Below are positions 50,281 through 58,159 of a stretch of DNA of 64,000 nt, one piece after another. Source of the stretch: Candidatus Limnocylindrales bacterium (GTDB taxonomy: Bacteria; Chloroflexota; Limnocylindria; Limnocylindrales; CSP1-4); assembly GCA_038915165.1 (NCBI GenBank), contig JBCLDE010000003.1:12008-76007 (forward strand). Reading direction: 5' to 3'. Positions within the stretch are counted from its first letter, which is position 1. Every line of letters begins with the position of its first letter. Below the pieces are notes generated by a model, which had not been told where the DNA came from, did no database searches, and saw nothing but the letters and a program-made list of their open reading frames with translations. The translations under genes and the position numbers were made by a program.

Positions 50281-52722
50281 GTGCCACGCGGACGAACTGA
50301 GTTGACCCAAGCGAAGGCAAGGACTCGCCGACGGCGTTCGCCACGAGGTTCGGCCATCGCGCCTCTCGGAGTGATGGGACCCGACGGCCTCGCACGCTTG
50401 CGGGAGGCGATTCTCGAGCTAGACCCCGAGGGGCGGCACGTCCAGCTCGACGTCTCAACCGGCACCGTACGCTATGGCGACGAGATCATCCTGCACTCGG
50501 CCATCAGTACCTACGTGGGCGAGGAGGAACCGGCCCGCGCCTACCTCGTGGCTTGGCTGTGCACTAAGGGTGGGTACCTCCCCGCCAACATCGAACTCGA
50601 GAAGGCGTATTCCATCGGACGGCCGAAGCTCGGTGCTCGACTCGACATTCTTGTGAACTATCCGGATGGCACGCCATATGCGCTCATCGAAGTCAAGAGT
50701 CCGGTCGAGTTCGGAGTGGACCCGGACAGGTTCATCGAGGGCCAGCTGTTCAACATCGCGCCTCACGAGAAGGGCAGTCGCGTTCTCGCCTACACCACCG
50801 TGCGGGTCTCCGAGACTGCTAGCCCCGTTGTCCTAGCCATCGGCTTCACCGATGGAGACAAGTACTCGACTTGGGTCAGCAATGGAAGACCCGCGGCTGC
50901 CGAGTTCCCCGTCAGCTACGGAGATGCCACCCACGAGCACCTTGTCAACGGAGGAGGGGTTGACTTGCGGGTTGACGTTGGAGGCGCTGAGCTGGAGCGC
51001 CTCCGCAAGCGGCTGCATGACGTGCTTTGGAGGGGGTCGACGCCCGACAACGACATCTACGAGCATGTCGTCAAGCTGTTCCTCGCCAAGATCTACGACG
51101 AGAAGACGACCAATGGCGGAGAACGCTACGAATTCCAGCGCTGCTACGTGGGTGTTCAGCCAGAGACTACTCTCCGCACGTTCCAGAGGATCAACGACCT
51201 CTACAAGCGCGGCTACGCGCGCTATCTCAATCCCGGCGAAGGTGGCGCGACAAGTGAGCTCGACGGAAGGAAGTTCAGTCCTGACCAAACTGCGTTCGTA
51301 GTCGAGCTTCTCCAGGGGATCTCGCTGACGTCAACTCGCGGTGGAGACGTACTTGGCGGCTTCTTTGAGGGGATCACCCGCGACGGCTTCAAGCAGTCGA
51401 AGGGGCTCTTCTTTACGCACGCCAACATCGCGGCGTTCGTGATCATGGCGCTCGAGCTAGATGAACTAGCCATCGAGAAGATCACGAGCAACGCGCACTA
51501 CGACGATCGATTCCCCTACATCATCGATCCGTCTTGCGGCTCCGGGACCTTCCTCCTATCGGCGATGCATCTCATCACCCAGCGGATCGAGGGCGAAAGA
51601 GCAGCGATCTCGCGCAACGAAGATGTGAGAGAGCTCTTGAGGGATAAGGCTCCCTCCGAACATGCCAATCGATGGGCAAAGGACTTCATCTTCGGGATCG
51701 ATGACTCGGAGTTGCTGTCAATGGCAACGAAAGTCAACATGGTCCTTCACCGCGATGGCAACACGCACGTGTACCAAGCTGACGGGCTTTCGGCGCTGGA
51801 CCGATTCCGGGACCAGCGTTTGAAAGGTCGCGACCCGGCTGACGCCGCCGTGTATTCGAAGAAGGTCGCTGTCGCCTTCGATGCCGTGGTGTCGAATCCT
51901 CCGTTCAGCATCACCCTTGTGCCTGCAACTGCTGCGACACTTGCCTCCACATTCGAGCTCGCTGCAAGCGCAAACTCGGAGAACTTGTTTCTCGAGAGGT
52001 GGTACCAGCTGCTGAAGCCGGGAGGCCGCCTTGGGGTGGTGCTCCCGGAGAGCTTCTTCGCGACGAAGGAGAATCTGAACGCTCGCTTGTTCCTCTTCAA
52101 CCACTTCAATGTGAGAGCTGTGGTCGGCCTCCCAAGGCTTGCCTTTGAGCCGTGGACGCCCACCAAGACTTCGCTCCTCTTTGCCCAGAAGAAGTCGGAT
52201 GCGGAGGAGCTGGCATGGAAGAACACTCGGATCAGGCACGAGCGAGAGATTGAGGTTGCCAAGGCCGCAGTGGCGAGCGCGACCCGACGGTTCGCCAGGG
52301 ACGCGACGGCGAGTCGCCCGATGGGGCCGAAGGAGGGGTCCGAGCTGATCGCGACGCTGCGGTCGTCCCTGTCTGGGCTCGATCTAGCTCCGCCCGACGA
52401 CACCGGGGAGCTTATGGCGAAGCTGCCGGCTCTAGCCAAGGTCAGCAAGGCTGTGAACACGACTGTGCTTGCAGTCCAGAGAACTGCGCGAGAGTTGGAC
52501 CTCGACTTCCTGGTAATCAGTGTCAGTATGATCGGCTACAAGCGGACGAAACGCACTGAGTACGACCGACCAAACGAGCTATTCCAGGCGATGGCGGGAC
52601 GGCGTCGTCGCCGGGCAAGAGTCCTGAACTTGAATAGGACGACGGCCGATTGGTCTATCGAGACGCCTCGCCGGGGCGCGGACGCGCTGAGTATCCTCCG
52701 ACGTTCACGAATCTGGCAATGA
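50281..52722 (+). CDS. PD-(D/E)xK (HsdR_N-like) + gamma-class N6-adenine DNA methyltransferase fusion (type IIB/BcgIA-like or type I HsdM-like), copy 2, complete
   Basis: 813 aa. N-terminus ..RLDILVNYPDGTPYALIEVKSP... HsdM-like helix bundle ..VVKLFLAKIYDEK... Motif I IIDPSCGSGTFLL and motif IV VVSNPPFS. The stop overlaps the S-subunit ATG. The start is uncertain (GTG 50281 or ATG 50374). Confidence 0.85.
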   Translation: MPRGRTELTQAKARTRRRRSPRGSAIAPLGVMGPDGLARLREAILELDPEGRHVQLDVSTGTVRYGDEIILHSAISTYVGEEEPARAYLVAWLCTKGGYLPANIELEKAYSIGRPKLGARLDILVNYPDGTPYALIEVKSPVEFGVDPDRFIEGQLFNIAPHEKGSRVLAYTTVRVSETASPVVLAIGFTDGDKYSTWVSNGRPAAAEFPVSYGDATHEHLVNGGGVDLRVDVGGAELERLRKRLHDVLWRGSTPDNDIYEHVVKLFLAKIYDEKTTNGGERYEFQRCYVGVQPETTLRTFQRINDLYKRGYARYLNPGEGGATSELDGRKFSPDQTAFVVELLQGISLTSTRGGDVLGGFFEGITRDGFKQSKGLFFTHANIAAFVIMALELDELAIEKITSNAHYDDRFPYIIDPSCGSGTFLLSAMHLITQRIEGERAAISRNEDVRELLRDKAPSEHANRWAKDFIFGIDDSELLSMATKVNMVLHRDGNTHVYQADGLSALDRFRDQRLKGRDPADAAVYSKKVAVAFDAVVSNPPFSITLVPATAATLASTFELAASANSENLFLERWYQLLKPGGRLGVVLPESFFATKENLNARLFLFNHFNVRAVVGLPRLAFEPWTPTKTSLLFAQKKSDAEELAWKNTRIRHEREIEVAKAAVASATRRFARDATASRPMGPKEGSELIATLRSSLSGLDLAPPDDTGELMAKLPALAKVSKAVNTTVLAVQRTARELDLDFLVISVSMIGYKRTKRTEYDRPNELFQAMAGRRRRRARVLNLNRTTADWSIETPRRGADALSILRRSRIWQ

Positions 52723-54278
52723 TCCGCTCGCAGCACGTGCGGCTTAGCACCGCCGTTGAGACGTCCGCCGCGCGGATCGATCCCCACTTCTTCACGCTCA
52801 TTCGGCAGATCGGCGGGATAGTCGATTCGCTTCGCTCCGGCATTCGTCTGATGTACCCCGCGACGACGGCGATCAGCAATGGGTTGAATCTCCCGGAGGA
52901 CGCCTACGATTACCTGACCACAACGCCGGATCTGCTCTACGTATCGGTCGGCGCGATCTCACAGTACGCGCTCAGACGAGACCGGGCGATAGCTATCAAA
53001 GATCCGCTTGAGTATGCGTACGCATCGGACCCAACGGCCGTCGCTTGCACGGCTGCAGAGATACTGGTGACTCGGTCAGGGACGCCTGGGATCGCGTGGC
53101 CAGCCGCAGAGATCGTCGAAACGGCGGATGCACCGAGGATCGTGCCGTCCGGGTTCGTTATCCGAGTCTCAATCGATCCACTTGTGGCTGACCCGTTCTT
53201 CGTCGCGGCGATCCTGAATCATCCCGTTTGGCGTACCTGGACGACCGCTCTCGCAACGGGCAAGAGCCAGCTCAATCTGTCGCAGGATCAGCTTGGCGAG
53301 GTCTTGATCCCAGCGGTCCCGCTGGAGCGGCAGTCAGAGATCGGGTCCGCCTACAGACGATTCCTGGGATCCATCTCTGCACTCCATGGCTCAGGTGCCG
53401 ACCTCGAAGGCTCTTGTGACGCGATCGTTTGTGAGGTGCTAGGCCGCGACCTTCCACGACTGGCGCGATCGAGCATGACAGTTGACCGCCTCAACCTGTC
53501 CGACGCTCTCTCCAGATCCTCCCAATTGAGAATCGACTGTCGCTTCCAGAGCGGAGAGGTGCGAGACATCCTTGCTCCGCTGCAATCTCTCGATGTCGTG
53601 GCTTTGCGCGACCTGGTGGCAGGGGATCCGGTCAAGGGACGACAGCCAACCATCCTCGACGAGACGGAGGCGGACGAGTTGTCGCCTCGCGTGGTGTCGA
53701 CTGCCGCCGTTCAGGCTGGAGTTGTCCGGCAGGAGCTGACAAAGCCGACGACCGAGGCGGAGGTTGCCCATGCCGGGGACCGCTTGATCCTGCCTGGTGA
53801 CCTATTGGTGACCATGGATGGGGAGGGGTCGATAGGCAAAGCAGCTGTCTTCGAGAGTGGCTACGAGGCGGTGCCTGACTCTCATGTGATAATTCTGCGG
53901 CTTCGTGACCCATCCACCGCACCCACCCTAGCCTGCATGATCAACAGCGGCCTCGGCCAGGCGCAAATCGATCTCTGCATCTCCGGGTCAACAGGACAGA
54001 CTCAACTTTCGAAGTCGGATCTCCTCGATCTCCGAGTTCCTGTGGCGATGCTGGATGACCCAGGGCTCGTGGCGCTCCGGTACACCGCCGTCACGGCGGC
54101 CTTCCAGGACGCATCCGATGCAATTCGGACGCTTCTGGTCGAGCAGGCGCAGCGGGTCTCCGAAGCCGTGGTTGCCAGTGGCGTACTTCCGGCCAACTGC
54201 GCCGCGGAACTTGAGGCAATGTCGCGCACGGAGAGTCTCGAGCTCCTCCTCGACGCGATCAGAGGGGCTGCTGCCTAA
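52719..54278 (+). CDS. Restriction-modification specificity (S) subunit with two target-recognition domains
   Basis: 519 aa from ATG 52719 (ATGA overlap with the methyltransferase stop). Two repeats of the conserved S-subunit junction are present: ..GKSQLNLSQDQLGEVLIPAVPLERQSEIGSAY.. and ..GSTGQTQLSKSDLLDLRVPVAML... Confidence 0.8.
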   Translation: MIRSQHVRLSTAVETSAARIDPHFFTLIRQIGGIVDSLRSGIRLMYPATTAISNGLNLPEDAYDYLTTTPDLLYVSVGAISQYALRRDRAIAIKDPLEYAYASDPTAVACTAAEILVTRSGTPGIAWPAAEIVETADAPRIVPSGFVIRVSIDPLVADPFFVAAILNHPVWRTWTTALATGKSQLNLSQDQLGEVLIPAVPLERQSEIGSAYRRFLGSISALHGSGADLEGSCDAIVCEVLGRDLPRLARSSMTVDRLNLSDALSRSSQLRIDCRFQSGEVRDILAPLQSLDVVALRDLVAGDPVKGRQPTILDETEADELSPRVVSTAAVQAGVVRQELTKPTTEAEVAHAGDRLILPGDLLVTMDGEGSIGKAAVFESGYEAVPDSHVIILRLRDPSTAPTLACMINSGLGQAQIDLCISGSTGQTQLSKSDLLDLRVPVAMLDDPGLVALRYTAVTAAFQDASDAIRTLLVEQAQRVSEAVVASGVLPANCAAELEAMSRTESLELLLDAIRGAAA

Positions 54279-54502
54279 CCGGCGATCCCGTCCGCCAGAT
54301 GCCGCGCGACGTCCTCGCCCAGCGACCACAGGGCGAGCAGGACGGCGAGGCCCGGGTCCGTCGAGACGCCGATCTCGGGTGTGCCGGCGAGGTCCGCCAC
54401 GGCCAGCCACGTCCTGTCGAACTGGCGCATCCGGACGTCGACCCAGAAGTCGAGCTCAGGGTCGGTAAGGCGTAACTCGGTAGGGAGGGAACGAAGCGAC
54501 AT
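54275..54502 (-). CDS. Hypothetical 75-aa protein
   Basis: MSLRSLPTELRLTDPELDFWVDVRMRQFDRTWLAVADLAGTPEIGVSTDPGLAVLLALWSLGEDVARHLADGIAG. Third codon positions are almost all G/C and the composition is not Arg/Pro-biased. No recognisable family. Confidence 0.45.
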   Translation of the reverse strand: MSLRSLPTELRLTDPELDFWVDVRMRQFDRTWLAVADLAGTPEIGVSTDPGLAVLLALWSLGEDVARHLADGIAG

Positions 54503-54869
54503 GACCGATTACCTGCCATTCGCCCGGTACACGGAAGCCGGCCGGACAATCCTGCCACGACCGCGACAGCGTGACGGGACCGCCCGCCACGGCTACGGGC
54601 TCGACGTCTTCGCCCAGTGCGGCTACACGTGCGTCTACTGCGGGCTGGACATGGCGGAGACCTTCGAGTCCTGGCTCCAGCTCTCGGTCGACCACGTCGT
54701 ACCGCACCAGATGGCGGACCACGGCTACGACCGCAAGTACGTGGAGAGCATCTCCAATCTCGTGACCTGCTGCCGCGCCTGCAACGACCTCGGCAACCGC
54801 TTCACCATCGACAATCCTCCGCCGACCACCGACGAGGCGTTCCTGGCACTCCGCGACGCCGTCATTTGA
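54501..54869 (+). CDS. HNH endonuclease (possibly truncated by a 1-nt frameshift at the stop)
   Basis: 122 aa from ATG 54501 (GGGAGGGAA upstream). ..CGYTCVYCGLD..LSVDHVVPH..LVTCCRACNDLGN... After TTT 54865..54867 the +1 frame continues as a plausible ..EKRRDLILRRRAEERAVYAKLIG... Confidence 0.8.
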   Translation: MTDYLPFARYTEAGRTILPRPRQRDGTARHGYGLDVFAQCGYTCVYCGLDMAETFESWLQLSVDHVVPHQMADHGYDRKYVESISNLVTCCRACNDLGNRFTIDNPPPTTDEAFLALRDAVI

Positions 54870-55087
54870 GAAACGTCGTGACCTGATCCTGCGGCGCCGG
54901 GCAGAAGAACGGGCCGTCTACGCGAAGCTCATCGGATCGCTCCCCACGATCGGCTCCCGAATCGGCGCGCCAGAACACGGTCAAGGCACGGACTTCTCAC
55001 AGCCGCCCCCGTCGCCGTCCGTCAGGCTGTCACGACGCAGCGAACGCGCGGAGCGGGGGCCGCCAGGGACACCGTAGCGGGCGCCCA

Positions 55088-55102
55088 TTAGCTGCGACTT
55101 AC
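55088..55102 (+). repeat. Exact 15-mer TTAGCTGCGACTTAC (third copy, outside the palindrome)
   Basis: Read directly in the intergenic sequence downstream of the HNH gene. Confidence 0.95.
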
Positions 55103-55183
55103 GCTGGATGTGCCCGCGACGCGCCTCGGGGAGTCGAGCCACGTCGCGGCCTGTGCCAGCCGCATACGGTTCGGTTGCTAACC

Positions 55184-55503
55184 TCAGTTCGTCCGCCTCC
55201 GGTAGCGCCGAATGTGCTTGCGTTGGAGCTGGCCGAACTCGTGGATCTCCTCGGCGGTCAGCCCCGCGGCTGCGATCAGGTGAGCAAGTTGCGGTTGAGG
55301 TCCACCTCGCTGCCCAGCATCTCGTTCGCGCCGACCTCGCCCTCCGCCTGGGCCAGGACGAAGCCGTCGGAGGTGACGACCAGCTCGGAGATGGCCGGCT
55401 CGCTGAAGCGCTCGTCGAGGATGTAGCCGACGATGGCCGCCATCTTCCCGCTCATAGCCGTGAAGCGATCGGGCCTCAGCTTCGCGACGAGTTGTTCTCT
55501 CAC
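55184..55503 (-). pseudogene. Hypothetical protein with a 1-nt frameshift near 55279-55295
   Basis: GTG 55503 is preceded by GGGAGGA. VREQLVAKLRPDRFTAMSGKMAAIVGYILDERFSEPAISELVVTSDGFVLAQAEGEVGANEMLGSEVDLNRNLL, then a stop. Another frame continues ..LAHLIAAAGLTAEEIHEFGQLQRKHIRRYRRRTN*. Confidence 0.5.
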
Positions 55504-55751
55504 AGCAACGATCCTCCCACAACCGGCTGGCCGGCAGCGGCTGCGGATGCGCGGACTCAGCGCGACTGCCTGCGGCACACGTGCGGCTCCGTCGTAGGGC
55601 CCCTGTCAGGGCGTCATGCAGGCGGGACACGGCAGGTCGTCCGCCACGCTGGTGTCCACGACGACCTCGGACCAGAAGTGCATCTCGACAAGGAACTCGA
55701 CGTTGCACAAGGCAGCCGACCGTGAGGCCCGGCGCGTGGTCGGCGGGGCCG

Positions 55752-56330
55752 GACCTCGTCCGCGAGGCGGCCCTGGAAGCCGGCGGCTACTTCGACGTCC
55801 TCGTCGTGTGCGGCTTCGCCTTCGACGCCCGGGCCGACGAGGAGACCGGCAAGGCGATGCGCTTCGGCAAGCTGACCGTCCTGGCCGCGCGGATGAACCC
55901 CGACCTCGCGATGGCCGAGGAGCTGCTCAAGAAGACCCGGAGCGGCAACCTGTTCACCGTCTTCGGTCAGCCCGACATCGACATCCGCCCGGCCGGCGAC
56001 GGGGAGCTCCAGGTCGAGATCCACGGCCTCGACGTCTACGACCCGACGACCGGTGTCGTCCGCAGCGACTCGACCGACGACATCGCCTGCTGGTTCATCG
56101 ATACCGCCTACGACGACCAGCAGTTCTTCGTCCGCCACGCCTACTTCCTCGGCGCCGACGACCCCTACGACAAGCTCAAGCGCGCCCTCCGGGCCGACAT
56201 CGACGAGGCCGCCTGGGCCTCGCTCAACTCGACCGTCTCACGCCCGTTCCCGCGACCCGCCAGCGGCCAGATTGCCGTCAAGGTCATCAACCACTACGGC
56301 GACGAGATCCTCAAGGTATATGGGGTCTGA
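55752..56330 (+). pseudogene. C-terminal ~190 aa of a DNA methyltransferase-associated domain; catalytic N-terminus missing
   Basis: ..DLVREAALEAGGYFDVLVVCGFAFDARADEE..LAARMNPDLAMAEELLKKTRSGNLFTVFGQPDIDI..IACWFIDTAYDDQQFFVRHAYFLGADDPYDKLKRAL..IAVKVINHYGDEILKVYGV*. This matches, from memory, the tail of large adenine-specific DNA methylases. No MTase motifs lie upstream. Confidence 0.5.
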
Positions 56331-56413
56331 GACGAGCGACCGCAAGCGGCCGCACCTCGCGGTATCGTGCCCCGACTCCCGCTTCCGTTCCCACACGATG
56401 GAAGCATCGTGTG

Positions 56414-57556
56414 CTACGCGTCCCATGAGCAGCGCGGCGGCAGTGTGGGCCTCCTGGATGATGCCGCTCTCGTCGAGCAGGATGATGGCATCCCCTGCCG
56501 TTTCGAAGTCGGTCCGGTACTTGTCCTCGGATGCTTGTCGCTCGCGGCAGGAACGCCGCTCAGAGCCGGACCGAAGAACTCGGCCATCCGTCGCTCGTAC
56601 TCGTCCGGATGGAGGGTGAGGGCCTGAGTGTGCCCGGCGCCCTCGACCCGCCATGCCTCGACCGAGCCGCCGGCCGCGCGGACGCCGGCCACGAGCGTGT
56701 CGAGATAGCGCGGGCTGAGCCGTTCGTCCGCGGAACCCATCGTGAGGAAGATCGGGCGGCCGTTCAGCTTCGCGGTGGCCTCGAGCGGACTGCGCGCCGC
56801 GATGTCGTCGCCGACGAGGACCCTGCCTACGAGGATCCCGCCCTCAGCGAGGAACGTCGGGTATCCGGTCCGGATCAACTCGTCGCGGATGGACTCTCGG
56901 ATGTCGGCGAAGCTGCTGTCCGCCCAGACCGCCGCGATCCCCTGCTCTTCACCAACGGCGATCATCACCACCGCCGCGCCGAGCGAGAAACCGAGGACGC
57001 CGATCCGCGCCGCCGGCACGCCCTGGGCGCGCAGCCAGTCGAACGCGCCGAGGACGTCGAGATACTCGTCGGTCCCGCCGGCGAAGCGGCCGTCCTCGAT
57101 CGTCGAATCGCCGTGGTCCCGCAGGTCGATCAGGAGCACCGAGATGCCATGCCGGTGGAGCATCCCGGCCGCGAGCAGGTTCGTACCGCTCCGGCGGCAG
57201 CCGTCGAGCCCGTGGACGAGGATCACCGTCGGGGCATCGGGGCTGGCGGCGCGAACCCACCACGCGGCAATCGCGATGTCCGGGTCGCCGCGCGCGGGGA
57301 AGGTTGCCGTCTGCGGCGCGGGCATCCGGTAGGGAACGGTATCGATGCCCTCGACGGCGAACGACGTCGGATCGTTGGCGGCGGTCCCGGGGCACTCGGC
57401 GTCGGCACGCGACAGCTGGTCGTAGACGTACGCGCTCGCCCCGAAGTAGCCGACCGCGGCCACGACGATGACGCCCACGATCGGCGCGAGGAGTCGGCGC
57501 CGGCGACCGGGAGGCCTGTCCCGCGTCCACGCCCTTGTCGGGTGGTCCCGATTCAT
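56414..57556 (-). CDS. Membrane-anchored alpha/beta hydrolase (C-terminus probably fused to neighbouring remnant sequence)
   Basis: ATG 57556. TM anchor ..LLAPIVGVIVVAAVGYFGA... ..VILVHGLDG.., nucleophile elbow ..GFSLGA.., ..GAGHTQ... The last ~45 aa (..SDKHPRTSTGPTSKRQG..) look non-native. Confidence 0.75.
   Translation of the reverse strand: MNRDHPTRAWTRDRPPGRRRRLLAPIVGVIVVAAVGYFGASAYVYDQLSRADAECPGTAANDPTSFAVEGIDTVPYRMPAPQTATFPARGDPDIAIAAWWVRAASPDAPTVILVHGLDGCRRSGTNLLAAGMLHRHGISVLLIDLRDHGDSTIEDGRFAGGTDEYLDVLGAFDWLRAQGVPAARIGVLGFSLGAAVVMIAVGEEQGIAAVWADSSFADIRESIRDELIRTGYPTFLAEGGILVGRVLVGDDIAARSPLEATAKLNGRPIFLTMGSADERLSPRYLDTLVAGVRAAGGSVEAWRVEGAGHTQALTLHPDEYERRMAEFFGPALSGVPAASDKHPRTSTGPTSKRQGMPSSCSTRAASSRRPTLPPRCSWDA
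56415..56543 (-). pseudogene. PAS-domain N-terminal fragment
   Basis: ..RERQASEDKYRTDFETAGDAIILLDESGIIQEAHTAAALLMGRV.. is typical of a PAS start. It breaks off after about 40 aa. Confidence 0.4.
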
Positions 57557-58159
57557 GCCATCACGGTGGTCCCGTTTTCGGTTGACCTTCGCACGACGGT
57601 CCAGGTCGGGGGGCACGCGGACCGGCAAGCTCGGCGCAGACGAGACGTGCGAGCATCCCAGACACAATGGCCATCCCGGAGCTGATTGTGCGCGCGATCA
57701 CGATCGTGGTGCTAGCCGCGGCGGTCGTCCTTGCCTATCTCTACGTTACCCAGTCTCGACGAGGGCCGATGATCCGATGATCGACACGATCTGGTGATAG
57801 TGACGGTGCCGTAGCCTGGCGAGACGGGGCACATTGCGGTTGGCGCGAGGCCGGACGCCACGGTCATCGCAAAGGAGATGACGCCCCGCTGTGAACGTGC
57901 CGACGGTTCGTTTGGGTCACGCGTAAGCCGGAGATAACGTGCCAGAGGTAGAGTCTCCCTGGCTCCCGCTCCGTGGTCTCGCGACGATCCCGGCTGACGG
58001 GCTGGCCAGTTCGATGGGGCGCGTCGGGAGTCACTCTTCGGCCTCCTGCGCGGGCGGCAGTCTGTGGCCGGGACGCCGGTCCGCCGCCCGACCTTTGTCG
58101 AGCGACAGCTCGTCGCAGCCGGCCCGGTCGGATTAAGGTCGCTGCTCGACTACGGACTG

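Larger units (their letters stand above)
26370..52396. repeat. Right arm of the giant inverted duplication
   Basis: Reverse complement of 1..26027 (see left arm). The apparent end at 52396 only reflects the left window edge. Confidence 0.97.

Noticed and set aside
1-52396. Interpreting the arms as terminal inverted repeats of a transposon or of a linear replicon.
   Set aside because: The arms are adjacent (342-bp spacer) rather than at replicon ends. They carry respiratory and metabolic operons. No transposase or telomere-associated genes are present at either boundary.
50281-54278. A classical type I R-M system (hsdR-hsdM-hsdS).
   Set aside because: No helicase/translocase HsdR gene is in the window. 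The only nuclease-like modules are the small HsdR_N-type domains fused to the methylase and to the 361-aa protein.
57667-57780. A 37-aa ORF, MAIPELIVRAITIVVLAAAVVLAYLYVTQSRRGPMIR, with a single TM helix, divergent from the hydrolase gene.
   Set aside because: It has no Shine-Dalgarno sequence and is too short to separate from chance. It is kept only as a possible small membrane peptide or type I toxin candidate.
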